Positions 25,680-38,760 of a stretch of DNA of 64,000 nucleotides are shown piece by piece. Position 1 is the stretch's first letter. The number at the start of each line of letters is the position of its first letter. The DNA lies in assembly GCA_034780895.1 (NCBI GenBank), contig JAUZTB010000107.1, positions 33,580,790 to 33,644,789 of the forward strand, given 5' to 3'. The translations under genes and the position numbers were made by a program. Below the pieces are notes generated by a model that saw nothing but the letters and a program-made list of their open reading frames with translations, did no database searches and was not told the origin of the DNA. The stretch is from Rhynchobatus australiae (Eukaryota).

Positions 25680-26620
25680 TAATGTAAGAAAGGAGCTGAG
25701 GTTGCCCAGTTGGCCCATTATGCCTGTTCTACCAATCAATAAGAAAACAGTCATCTCCCCTCTCAGAATCCTGTATGACTCAGTCAGATTCCCTGTTGTT
25801 ATTCTGAAATGCAAAATGTCTAGGTCCACACTACTTGATCTCTTCTAAAAGACACTCTGTCATGCCAGGAATTAATCAAGACGATCAGGATGTCCAATAC
25901 CAATTACTCTGGTGAATCTTGTTCACTCTACCTCTAAGGCAAGTGTATCTTTCCTTGGGTATGTAGACTGAAACTCCAAATGTGGTCACATCAAAGCCCT
26001 GCATAAATGCAGCAATATTTCCCTACTTTTCTGTGCCAACTACAATGCAATAAAGAGCAACATATCACTTGCTGCCTCTATATGCTCAAAGTAACTTTAT
26101 TTCAACTTACTGGATTTCCTTTAGGAAGACACCAAATTCCTCTCATTACAAATATTTACTAGNNNNNNNNNNNNNNNNNNNNNNNNNNNNNNNNNNNNNN
26201 NNNNNNNNNNNNNNNNNATACTACATTTTCTTGCATTTTACCTCATGTCCCACCTTCTTCCTCATTCACTTAACCTGTCTATTTATCCCTTTGCAAACTT
26301 TTCCTCTCAGATTACATTCCCATCCACATTTGCATCATCAGCAAACTTGCACATATTATTTTACTTTCATCTAAATATTAATAAAGATGTAAACAACTGA
26401 AACCTCACATTGATCCTTGTATCAACCCACTGTAAACAGGCTGTCTATTCCCAGACTGTTTTATTGTCCTTTAGCTAACTCTCCATTCACCAATACTCAA
26501 TCTTATAAGCAGTTATTTTAGTAAAAAAAACTTGTGTGCTATGACATCAAATGTCTTTTGAAAATCCAAAAATTAGACATCCATCAATTATCCCTTATCT
26601 GGTCTATTATCTTCATTAGT
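25680..26620 (-). mobile_element. CR1 LINE fossil (RT to 3' end)
   Basis: Minus strand KFADD at ~26330-26348 and DFQKTFD at ~26547-26568, plus CR1 3' motifs. Confidence 0.8.
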
Positions 26621-27064
26621 ATAGCCACAATCAAGATTAAACAGTTTCCTATTTGTGCAGTAGGTTAGCTATCCTCCAGAAGAAACTTGCTGGAGATGAG
26701 GTACAACAGAACAACAAAAAAGAGTAAAAGTATGTGCTGGAGTAAAGACATTGCCCTGCTTAGCACCAGTCTGCAATGAGATTGGATCTGCTGTGGACCA
26801 GTGGTTAAGATCACAGCTCACATGCCATCATGTATCAGGCATAAAATGAAAATGAATTTTTGTGGGCAAACAAATGTGGGAAGTTGCTCCACAGTCCCTT
26901 TTNNNNNNNNNNAAAAAGGTCATGTTTCTCTGCATTTCTCTGACACCTTCAATCTAGAACCAAGGTCACCCCAGCTTCAGTCATTTAGCTGCAGTATGTG
27001 GACAATGCCAGTAGATGGCTGAGTTCCAAGTCATTGTCAACTCTTTAACTGAAACATACTAAAG

Positions 27065-27880
27065 AATGGATCTTACATTTAATGTGTGCAAACCAAAGGT
27101 CCCCTACCAACTTGCCTCTGGTATACAACAAAATTTCTTACAACGAAGATACACAAGGAACTTCTGGAAAATGTGGATCACTGGCATATCTTGAGAGCCA
27201 CTTCTCAATGAAGGCAAATATTGCTGACCATTGCGCCAGCATTGTCTCTTGCCATCTGGCAGAGTGTTTGAAAAATCAGGAGTTCAAAGCCAACAGCAAT
27301 CCTTGCCCTCCTGTATGCCTCCAAGTCACAGTTAAAAACAGCAGGCACCTCAGAAGAAACAGAGGATTACCACCAATACCATCTCTGGAAAATCCTCCAA
27401 ATCCACTGGCAGGGTAAATAAACAAATATCAGGGTCATTTCCCAAAATATTATCCCTAGCATTGAGGCATTAATTACACAGAGTGGCTAGGCAACATTTT
27501 TCTCAAGCCCAACATCAGAATTCAAAAACATTCTGTTCATAGTTCTACCATGGCAAGTGGATAGAGGAAACAAGGTATACCATCTCCATTGTCTCATAGG
27601 AATTTTTGTTGCAAGACCACTCAAGATGAAAAAAAAGTATCTGAGATGGTATTGCAAACCTCATTCTTTTATCAGGATCGCACCACCTGCCAAACCACCC
27701 AGCTGCCTGCCTTGTCAAGCACTTCCTATTCCTCTTGTCGAAGAATCTACAGGTCCCACATTGGCCTCATCAGTCAAATCAGAACCCAGTCCCAGTGTAG
27801 AAGCAAGTCATCCTCAATCCCCAGGGATAGCCAAAGAGAGAAAGAGGGAGAGGGAATTATCCTCACAAACAACTAAATGA
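27065..27880 (+). mobile_element. RTE-clade LINE fossil inserted in the CR1
   Basis: YLESHFSMKANI, ILALLYAS, YHQYHLWKILQIHWQ, and C-terminal SCRRIYRSHIGLIS (RTE-type zinc-finger tail). Confidence 0.8.
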
Positions 27881-28830
27881 TTTATCAAATATGATTTCCC
27901 TTTCATTAGGCCATGGCCACTCTGCCTAACCATATTATGATTTTCTAAGTGCTCAGTTATGATTTCCTTAATTAATGGATTCCATCATTTTCTTGACAAA
28001 CAACGTCTGTAGTTCCCTCCTTTCCTGCACAGTGATGTTTCATTTGCTACTTTCCAATCTACTGGGACAGATTTTAGGGAATTTCAGATGACCACCACCA
28101 TGCATCTGTCATCTCTGCAACTATTCCTTTTAAAACCCTAGGATAAAAGCCATTAGGTTTCAGAGATTTTCCATTTTTAGTCTCATTATTTTCTCTACTA
28201 TTTTCTTTTTACTAACTATAATCATTTTAGCTCATTGCCTTCATTATATTATTTGTACTTCATATGACATAAACAAAATATTTATGTAAAATTTAAACTA
28301 CTTTCTTATTCCCAGTTACAACTTATCTTGCCTTAACTCCAAAGGCTCCTACATATACCTTTATTATTCTCTTTTTGCATACTTATAGAAACTATCACTT
28401 GCTAGCTTGTTTCCTTATTCTTTCTCCCCCTTTATTAAAATATTCCCGTTCATATACTGACTTCAAAACTTCCCAATCTTCACAATGAACAAACAACATT
28501 ATAATTTCTTCCTTTAATCTATCACTTTTGCCAATCTCTTTAACTACAGATGGATAATTTTCCCCATATGTTCTTTTATTTCTCAAAGTAATGTCTATTT
28601 GTTAAGAATTATGAAGCATTTCTTTAAATGTTTACCTCTCATCATATCTTTTAATCTAAGTTCCCACAGCTCAATCCAATGTAATTGGCTTTATTTAAAG
28701 TTAAGACTTCAGTTTTGGACTCATTGTAACAGTTGATCACATCATTCTTCCCATCAAATTAGTGATTACCCATGTCTCATTGTGCCAATTGACAAGCATT
28801 AAAATAAACTGTTCCCTTGAATTTCCATGA
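27881..28830 (-). mobile_element. Continuation of the CR1 fossil
   Basis: AAATATGATTTCCCTTTCATTAGGCCATG (rc HGLMKGKSYL, cf. HGFMKGKSCLTNL) and further degenerate CR1 ORF2. Confidence 0.7.
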
Positions 28831-30539
28831 CTTACTGTTCAAGAAAAAACTTTCAATTTCATTCTATTAACTCTTCTCCTAACTACTTTGAAGTACCTAA
28901 CAGTGAGCATGTATATAATAACAGCTAGGAGGAAGCTTGGCATTTGGTGAATTTCCAGATTCTGATTCATAACAACATTTTTGATAGCATGGGGGTGAAA
29001 TATTGTGTTTGAATAAGTGGATGACTTTAAGTTTATAATAGTGTTCCATCGATATATCACAATGGAAGATGTGTGTTTGAGATTATGTGAGAGGAAGAGT
29101 ACAGATGTCTATGAGCAATGAGGATGGAGTTTTTGGATCTACAAACAGACTTGATTTTTTTTCAACTAACAGGTTGTCAGTGGTGTGCTCGTGATAAGTC
29201 AGAGGTTAACACATTAGGGGATTGCCAACATAGTGTGACAGGGAAAGTTTCACAGGAAATAAAAGTGGCGTTTACAGGATGTTCACGTTATGTGCAAGGC
29301 TTCTAATGGATGATGGATTATAAACTAACAGTGCTGAAAATATAGTTAACATTTTGTTTTAAGAATAAATATTCCAATTCTAGTATTAGAAAATTTACTC
29401 TTTAGTGATCACTCATCCAGTAGCAAATGTCTCGAAACACGATGCCAACCAAGTTAATTTTGCAGGTTATTACACCATTAATGGTATTGTGTCAAAATCA
29501 AGAGTTTATTTTATAGCAGGACCATAGATCTTAACAAAGCATTGCTAGCAGTAGTTTTATCTTCTGCTATTCCTTTTAGGAATATCACTTTCAAATGCAT
29601 TCCCAATTTGGTTTTCTTGGCTAGATCCGAATACTTTAATATCAGCAGATAATTTTCAACCAACAATGCACTTTTAAAATTATACAGCAACCATTCTATT
29701 TCTAAAGTTTTAGTAAGATAGCTATTTCACATTGTTTGATTTGTTTTTTTGAACAATATTAAAGTTTTGACTTCTCGTATAACCAATTCTTTTCAGATGA
29801 AAACAATTACGCTTCTTTTTCAACAAACATTTGTGAAAAGGTTATGTTTTATATTAGCCACATGTTCATAACCCTATTCTGTCAGGTTACTTGAAATGTT
29901 GCCACTATTGAAAAAATAATGGTCTGGTTAAATTTTGTTTTGTATTTTGATGACTGGTTTCAGTTACAGATCAGTCACGTAATGGCACACCAAGTACATT
30001 TTTCACACTGCTTATTCAAAACACAGAAATGACATTAATTTAACTTGCAATGGAAAACAGAATACAATCAAGAAAATCCTAATTGANNNNNNNNNNNNNN
30101 NNNNNNNNNNNNNNNNNNNNNNNNNNNNNNNNNNNNNNNNNNNNNNNNNNNNNNNNNNNNNNNNNNNNNNNNNNNNNNNNNNNNNNTAATTGAACTGAAC
30201 TCCCTCACAGCTACAATAACGTAGATCCAAGTTATACAGACAAGGAATATCCCAAATTTTAAGTTCTCAGCTAGAACAATACCCGAAACACAAGATATTT
30301 CTTCCCTCCCCCATCCTAACAAGAGGGAAATGAGCCATGGTTCTAGCATCTTAAGATATCTGACAATCCTTGCTAAAAATATACCAGCGTAAATGCCAGA
30401 TGAATTTCAGTTAAGATTCCTTCAACAAATTTCCTTTGACCATTCTTTGTTGGGTTTCACACAAAAATGGAAGTAATGGCTTCAAACTGCCAGTGAGGAA
30501 CTTTTGAGGTATGTTTATTCTTTTGGGAAACTCTGATGT

Positions 30540-30862
30540 CATCTGCACACAGCAAGCTCCCATGAACGGCAAAATAATAAAAATAAACCGCTAATATGTC
30601 TTGAAAAAACTGATTCAGGGATAAATATTAATCAGAGCACTGGAAATAATTATCCTATTCTTCAGCATAGGTTTAATCACCAGGGAGCAAATGGGGCTTT
30701 GGTTTAATACTCATCCTAAAAATGGCAGCTCTGAGGATGCAGCACTTTCTCCGTACTGCATCGAAGCATCACCCTAGAGCTGTGTGCTCAGATTGGTCGA
30801 GCGGGACTGGAACCCACAGCTTACTGACTCACAGACTAGAGTGTTACCATCTGAGTCACAGC
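30540..30862 (-). mobile_element. DeuSINE (SacSINE1-like)
   Basis: Reverse-complement Deu domain GCACACAGCAAGCTCCCA...AGGGATAAATATT and tRNA head GGGACTGGAACCCACAG. Confidence 0.8.
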
Positions 30863-31541
30863 TTACCCATACCTGTGCAAGAACCATTGCTTTTATTACT
30901 GAAAAAAAATGGCACTAAGAATTGGGCAAATACAGAACTTCTGATAAAATTACTTGCACTCTACAGACAATTCCATTCCTATTTACAGAAACACAAATAA
31001 TTACACTGTTTTCTTTGACACATGATAAAATTATAATAAAAAAGCTTCTATTTAACAAAACAATTTCTCTGATTTATTTCCCATTGGGCTATGGCTTGTT
31101 ATAAGTTTAAAAATTAATTGATAGAAATGCATAATCCCTGTTTGCAGCACAATGAAGGATGTGGATGATTTTATAACAGGTAGAATGAAAAGGTGGTATA
31201 CTATTATCCCAATGCACTGTGAGAAGTTGTACAATATGGTCAGTACCAATGATTGCCAACACATGGAATCTCTTGCACTAATCAGGGTATCAGGATGAAA
31301 ATACTGAATCAACAGCTTCATTTTCAGAATCAAGGGAACCTGGGAGTTACTACCTGGAAGATACTGTCAGAAATAGCAAGAGGAAGCAAAAAAAATGACC
31401 AAGGTTTTTCTTTCAAGTCCAAGTGCCAAGTAGTTAATGGGTCATCTGAATAAGTTAAAATATGAAAAGACAAAAGAAAACGTCTTTGTTTCATCACAAC
31501 CTCAGGATGCCTCAAAGCCAATGAAGTACCTCTGAAGTGCC

Positions 31542-31599
31542 ATCAATTTTGTATTATTGGAAATATTAATATCAATTTTGTATTATTGGAAATATTAAT
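31542..31599 (+). repeat. Perfect 29-bp tandem duplication abutting a DeuSINE tail fragment (~31478-31541, minus)
   Basis: ATCAATTTTGTATTATTGGAAATATTAAT occurs twice in tandem. Confidence 0.95.
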
Positions 31600-34500
31600 G
31601 GACTGATTGCTGAAATCACCACAGCAGCTACAATTTTCTCTTCTCTGCCTTAGAAATAATGAAATAATTACTATTATTGCATGATTTATTATACTGGATG
31701 ATTGAAAGTGCTCTAAATGTCCTCAGAATGTTCTAAAGAATACTACAGTCACTAATACACAAAGGCAAAACATAATAACCAACCTGCCTCTAGCTAATGC
31801 AAACAGAAAAGGGGTGAGGTTTTTGTTGAGAGCCAAGTTACTAGAAGAGCTTCTCATTCTTCTTGAGAAGGACACCATGGACCTATTAAAAATTGTTGAA
31901 TTTAAAATTCTCAAAATGCCATGGTGTACATTCAATTCATATTCTCTGGATTATTAGTTCAATAGCTAAGTAACTACAGCACTGCATCCTGTCAAATGTA
32001 AATTGTGTTAAGTTACCAAATTCACCTGTAATATTTTTAGAAAACTAAAAAGATGTGGAGGGAACACTGAAGGCTGATGTAGCATGCCACTTGACTGCAG
32101 GTTTAGAGTAGCTTTGTGGAAGACCTAAACTCCATTCATTCAAAAGGGTAGAATGGAGAAAGAAAATAAAGGGTCCTTATGTAGAAGGTATGCCACAGAC
32201 CAAATAATCCAACACAATTGACCTTTGCTGGTATTTATAACCTACATATTGTTCCTCCCCACTCTGCTTATAATGACATCAAAATATCAGCAGAATTAAT
32301 TCGTCCATTTTATATTTTAAACTTCTTGTAAGATTAAGACCAAATTGGCACATACAGTAATAGTGCACTACCTTGATTGTATTACCAAATATCTTATCTG
32401 TGGAAGAACTTATTGTCTTATAATATTTTCAGACACACTTATTGTTGCACAAATTATTTCAGCAGATACCAAGTACCAGAGCACTGCAAAAATGGCAATT
32501 TTTGGCAATCTGATAAATCTCAAAAGCAAACACATCAAGTAGATTGTATATTTGATAAAGCCTTACATGCTAAATTCAACCTAATGCACCCAAAGAAAAG
32601 TATGTTCAGTTTGGACTTCTGATTTACACCCTGCTAAATATTAGGTACCACTGACTTCAACACAACCACAAATCAGATCCCTGAACCAAATAGAATAAAG
32701 CTCTACAACTCCTTGGGATCTACTTCTGAGCCACTGCAATTTGACCAAGGGTTTGTTCACCTTCTTAGCAGCTATTTCTTTAGCCTCACCTTTCTTTTAT
32801 CATGTGCTTCAGTGGAACACAGAGGTAATATTCCATATGGCAAGTGTTGCATAAAAGCAAGTTTCTGCTGCAAACACCACAAAAACAAAAATTACTTTCT
32901 GATTTCTGGGATAATCCTGAAAATGATTTCATCTGAATTATATCATTTTAATATCAAGGGAAATGTAGCAATTTTTGATTTATTGATAAATGACTGCAAG
33001 GAATAAACCATAAATATGCTTTTAAAATGGGTTTCAGAAACAAAGTGTTCAATTCTACAGAAAGTTGTATGGGCGCTGCCCAAGCTCTGAGAACCTGTAT
33101 ACAGTGCATGGTCAAGATCAGTAAAAGGAATGTCTCACATAATAGTCTACCAACTACACCGTTATCCTCAGCTACTGCTCAATTTACCACATTCACGACA
33201 GCCAACTACCAATAAACTGCTTAAATCGGTACTGATTTCTACCATTCAAGTATTTCACCACACCCTCATGCACTTAAAACTGGTACAAAATTTAAACACA
33301 GTCCAAGTTTTAAACCACAGTGGATGCACATTCCACCAGACTGCATGACACTCAAGGCTACACTACTCTCTTGGTTGCAGGATAGGGTGGCAAACAACTA
33401 GAGGCACCAGAAACTATCAGGGAGAGAAGAGGGATTCCTCCACATCCTACCCTCTATGCAGAAAACTGAAAATATTGGTTCTAAAATACCCAATCCCCTT
33501 TTCACATCTCAATTGTGCCTCAAACATGCCCCAAATCCAGATGCTGTAATTCCTTCATTCTGTCACAGTCTGCTGTGCCAGCTACATTAAAGAAGCCATT
33601 AAAAACAGTTAACAATGAGGGCCAATGATTCCAGCAACTGAAAGCATGCCATATTTTCAAACCATGTTATGAACAAAAGTCACAAACACATTAGTGCATT
33701 CAATGTGCCCTTTCCCCTCCTACTGCTCCAGGGCAGTGATATTCTACAACTGTAACATGGCTTGTATAGAAGGCTCTTACATTCAGTGAAGATGATTGCA
33801 AATGGTCTTGAAAGGCAAACTTAAACAGTTGTGGGCCTGGATTTCCCAAATGTGAAGTCTAACATATCAGCATGGGCAACTGCATTCTGACAGACAAAAA
33901 AAAAGCAGGGATACCAACAGAGTGGCAGAAAGAATGCATTCTTCCCAGAAAGGGACAATGCATGTGTGCCCAATAGAGCACTAACCTCTCTGCTGGAAGA
34001 CAAGCCACTGGATTGCAATGGCTGCACGGTGCTTGTGACCAATGTCTCATCACATGCAGATCAAGCCTCTATTCTACTCCCTAAATTACATTGTGATGGT
34101 ATTTCAGCTGATTGCTGCAAAAATAGAGCTGAGCGACTATATGTCCAATGGTCACACACCCACTGGACACTAAGGGGATGGAATGCCCTTAAGTTCCTGT
34201 ATAGGGCAGTGTTTATATGTAGCTCTCTGCACATTAACAATGCATATGCAAACTTATGTGCATACAATCAACAGCTGCTTGTACCATCAGAATCCTAGAA
34301 AAGTCTTGTGTTTCCTGTAAGGCTGTATCCCCTCTTGCTGGTCTTAAGCAAGAGAGAATAAAATGTAGTCAGCTCTTTTGAAATAAGTTTCAGTGATCTC
34401 ATCAACAGCACTTATAAACCAAACACACAAAAATTCAATGTCATGGAGACCTTGACAGCCATAAGCAGCTGTCTCCAACAGGAAGAGAGAAATGGCACAT

Positions 34501-34869
34501 GGGAACTGGTTTCTATTCTATATGGTCAGAGACATAAAGCCACCACCAGTTATCACAACCCTCTGCATTGTGAGCAGAGGCCTGATCAGATTGTACAGAA
34601 AGCTGACTCAGAGAAGTGTGAAGACAGACAGCAGGGACAAATAACCAAGGATTTGGAGTCAGTCAGCTGGCATAGCTCCAGGTCTGGAGGGTGAAATGTT
34701 GGTAAGAGAGATCTGAGGTCAGCAGATCATTGCACTGTTGTCTATCCAATCCCATAAGAGGTTGCCTGGTGGGCAGTTTCACCTCAAATTTCTCCTCATA
34801 TTAGTCCTAAATAGCTGGCGTTTTATTCTAAAGTCCATGCTCCCACAAGGTCAGCTTTTTATTGCCCAC

Positions 34870-35560
34870 ACCAAATTATCCAAGGGAATGTGGTGATGAG
34901 CTGCTTTACTGATTTGCTGCGGATTTGTGGTAAAGTTACACCCATAATGCTGTTAATGTAGCGAGTTCCAAGATTTTAACCATGCTACAAAGAATGAACT
35001 GTGTTACATTTCCAAAGCAATACGATGTCTAACTTGGAATTGAATCTAGAAGAGATGATATATTCATTTCCCACTCGCCAGGGTTTGGGAACCGTTGTCC
35101 AAGGAAGTGGCTTGGATGCATCTTGTAGATGGTTCTTACTATAACTATAGTACCCTGGTGGCAAGGAAATAAATGTTTATCAATGGAGTGCCAAACAAGT
35201 GGGTTTGCTCTGTCCTGAGTGATGCCATTGGAGCTTCATTCATTCTGACAAATGAGGAGTATTCCTTCCTGACTTGTGCCTTGAAGATGAAGGAGATACT
35301 TTGTAGAGTCACAAGGCGAGTCACTCAGCAGACATTAACCTGCCCCTAACCTGTTCAAAACTGCAGTGCATTACATGGCTGACCCAGTTACGTTCCTGAT
35401 CAACTCTGAGGCCAAGGATATTGATGGTGGGAATTTTAGTGTTAATACTGAGGTTCAATTTCAAGTGGCTGTGAGTTCCTGTTATTCATTTTCTGGTACT
35501 TGCAGTAGAATGAACCTCACTTGCTACTTATCTGCCCATGCTTGAATATTGTTCAAGTCT
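34870..35560 (-). mobile_element. L2/Crack-like LINE 3' region fossil
   Basis: GAGTATTCC...CCTGACTTGTGCCTTGAAGATG (rc IFKAQVRxEYS), shared with the copy at 51.2-51.7 kb. Confidence 0.7.
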
Positions 35561-35834
35561 TGNNNNNNNNNNTCAATTGCATAATGCTGGAAAACAAAAT
35601 GGCATTATGCAACTGAATTTCCAGACAGTTGTTGTTTTTATCATTAGGCTGGATCTCTTGATCATAAGTCTAGTCCCATAACTCCTATGCTATTTACAAA
35701 CTGTGCCATAAAATTGATGCAATGTTCTCACATGTGCACCTGAGCTATTGTTAGGTCTGCCAATGCCAAGAGCTATCCAATTGTTCGGTTAGAGTTGCAT
35801 TAATTTCGTTCTCACTTAGTTGTGTTCAATGCAA

Positions 35835-36050
35835 ATAAAACCTGCAGATGCTGGAAATCTGAATTTAAAACAGAAAATGCTGGAAATACTTTGCAGGTTA
35901 TGGAGTATAGCAGGGAGAGAGAAGTGGAGTTAACATTTCAGATAGTTGAAAATTTGTTTTAAGCTGAAACGTTATGAAGCATTAACCACGTTTCTCTCTC
36001 TGTGGATGCTGAATAATCTGTTGAGTATTTCCAGCATTTTCTGATCTTAC
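35835..36050. repeat. Fold-back (inverted) pair of Penelope-type terminal repeats
   Basis: CAGAAAATGCTGGAAATACT...GAGAGAGAAG...GTTAACATTTCAG, mirrored by CTGAAACGTTA...TTTCTCTCTCTG...AGTATTTCCAGCATTTTCTG. Confidence 0.8.
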
Positions 36051-36744
36051 TTGTATCATTTTAAATCTTCCTGCAATAATCAAAACTGAGCTGAGACGGT
36101 GCAGGAAAAATCGATAAAATAAAAACTATAAGAAAAGTGCAATTATTGAAAACCTCAACCAGCAAGTAAATAACACCATTTACTAATAGCCTACTGTAAA
36201 GTTGGACCACGAGAGAGACATAAGTCATGGAGTTCACTTACTGGGGCAGTTGACCACAAGTTTTGGATATTTAAATCCAACAGTATGGATTAGAAATTGC
36301 ATCATTATATATTAATGGATTTAATAATGCACCATGATCAGTTTAATAATGTTTGTGAAAGTTACAATAAGATCGAGAAGTTTAATTGCAAGTTCACAAA
36401 GCAATGTTTTCGGCTTCCCCTCCATAACGCTGCACTGCAATTGACATTGTTGCAGGTGCAATTTTTGCACCCAATTCTTAACGGGGGTGAGATAGTGCAG
36501 CCAAGGGTTCAGAGAGACTTATACGAGCTGGTGAAAAACTGCCCACAGGAGGCATGTTCTTTGAGTGAGTGGAAGAGACCTTAGGGCCACAGCCACACAC
36601 TTGTGGCAGGAGCTTGACAGCAAGGTCTCTTTAAGGATGAGTACAGTGCAGCCATCTGCAATGCAGGCAATTGCAAACTCTTCCTGCTGCTCTAGGCTGA
36701 AGGATGAAGATAATAGTGGATGAAATCTTCTTTCTTTGAAATAA

Positions 36745-36866
36745 AAAAGGCATTAGATGCTGGAAATCTGAAATAAAACAGAAAATGCTAGAAACACTCA
36801 GCAAGCCGGGCAGTATCTGTGGAAGGAGAAACAGAGTTGACATTTCAGGTCCAAGCCCTTTCACCT
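36745..36866 (-). mobile_element. Single Penelope-type terminal repeat
   Basis: AGATGCTGGAAATCTGAAATAAAACAGAAAATGCTAGAAACACTCAGC...GAGTTGACATTTCAGGTCC. Confidence 0.75.
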
Positions 36867-38289
36867 CCTCTCTATGAGCATGGAGTTTCAGTGACTTTCC
36901 TAATCCAGTAGTGAGCAGTAACCCTTGAGATGCAACAGCGTCAGCAGCAGCTGCATGAAAAAATCCTGAAGTTGAGAGTGACCGTGATCTTGAATTCCAT
37001 GAACNNNNNNNNNNNNNNNNNNNNNNNNNNNNNNNNNNNNNNNNNNNNNNNNNNNNNNNNNNNNNNNNNNNNNNNNNNNNNNNNNNNNNNNNNNNNNNNN
37101 NNNNGACCGTGATCTTGAATTCCATGAACAAAGCATTCCAGGCACATGTGTAAGACTGTATTAGGTTACTGGAGGTCAAGGATCTCAGTGAGGACAAAAA
37201 AATACAGTTTAAATAAATTTCTAGTTTACTCTAATTCAAGGCAATTTTTGTGAACCTTTTTTTAAAATTATTGTTCCAACATATATCTAGGCCCACCGCC
37301 TGGAAGTTCATCTTTCTTAAGTCGTGAAGCATTAGTGCCCAATCATGTGACTTTGAGAAAAACACTGTAACAAAAAAATCATCAGGTGGTTTTCACCCTG
37401 ATTCATGTGGTAAAACTCTATCTGGACAGTTCCCAATAATAGCTGCCAGGTTACTGCTGCAATGAACTATGGAACGCCAGTCAGATCCTTAAAAGATACT
37501 CTCTCCGTGATGACCGCAGAGCACTTATGGAAAAGGCTCCACAGAGGTGGGGGAAAACATCATGGAGGTTTGGGAAAGAAGAGAATACCTAACACCTGTC
37601 AGTCTCACCACCACCTCTAGTACCCCATGATTATGTACACTGATCTAATTCTCATACTGCTCAAGGCTCCACATCATTGCAAGGTAAGAGCTGATCAATT
37701 TGACAGAGATCACAGTACTGATTTCTGGTGTGAATTCTTTTCAAAGACAGGAATAAATAGTAGGAAGTATCAAAAATGCTGAGCAATAAAAACTGAAGTG
37801 AGTGATGCTGAGAGCAATCAATCAATGGAACAGAAGGGACCATTTAATTAGCATCTCTTTGCCAATCTGCTAGAGGTTCTCACCTAGTTTTACTGTGAGT
37901 AAGAAGTTCAGGTTGTATGCTGTCCCCATAAAGTCCCATCAGAAATTGCAGAAGTAATCATTAAACAAAGGATGTTTGATGCCAAGAGAACTTCATTCGG
38001 ACTAGCATGGATCACAAACAGAAGTATCTGGTCCAACTTCTTGATAGGTGGGATTTCAAATTCTGTTCCCAGGTAAACAGATTTCAGAGGTTGGGGGAAG
38101 TGGAGCAGGTTCAATACTACAAGCAGACATTTTTTGTTGAAAGAAGTATAATCAGTTAAAAATACTCAACATTAATGTACAAGATATGCAAAGATTGCTA
38201 ATGTTTTTAAATGCCAAGAAGCTAATTAATTAATCTATCATTGTTCATAGATCTATCATAGATGATCCTAACTAGTTGCAGGTTTTACA

Positions 38290-38760
38290 AATGTTTCCTT
38301 CCACTAATGGGTGCATGGTAGCTTGTGAGGTAGCCCACTCTTGCCATCACTTATGCAAGGCCTCCAGGTACACCCGATGCATAGTCTGGACATGGACCAA
38401 AAATCCCCCGGAATTGGTGCATTTCTTCAAGGAAGATGCAAGTACATCCTTGAATATTTTTCTCTGCCTGCCTAGATTTCTCTTCCAATTACAGAGCTTG
38501 TAATACAGTGTCTATTTTAAGACTCTGGTGTGTTTTCAGTGCATGAATGACATGGCCTTCCCCATGTAGCCATATTATAACCAGGGCTTCAATATGGTCT
38601 TGGCCTAGGAAAGCATACTGAAATTGGTTTCCTTGTCCTTTCAGTGATTTTAGAGGATTTTGTGGAAACAGTATCGATATTCCTTCCAGATCCTTTGCAA
38701 TATCTACTAAAGGTAGTCCAGGTCTCAGAAGAACACAGGAGAACAGCCATCACCATTGTA
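38290..38760 (-). mobile_element. RTE-clade LINE fossil
   Basis: Minus strand SETWTT, EGHVIH, and LYYKLCNWKRNLGRQRK...KDVLASSLKKC. Confidence 0.75.

Noticed and set aside
36930-37003. Q-rich peptide MQQRQQQLHEKILK as a FoxP poly-Q exon
   Set aside because: It is on the plus strand, opposite to the gene, with no splice signals and no FoxP similarity.
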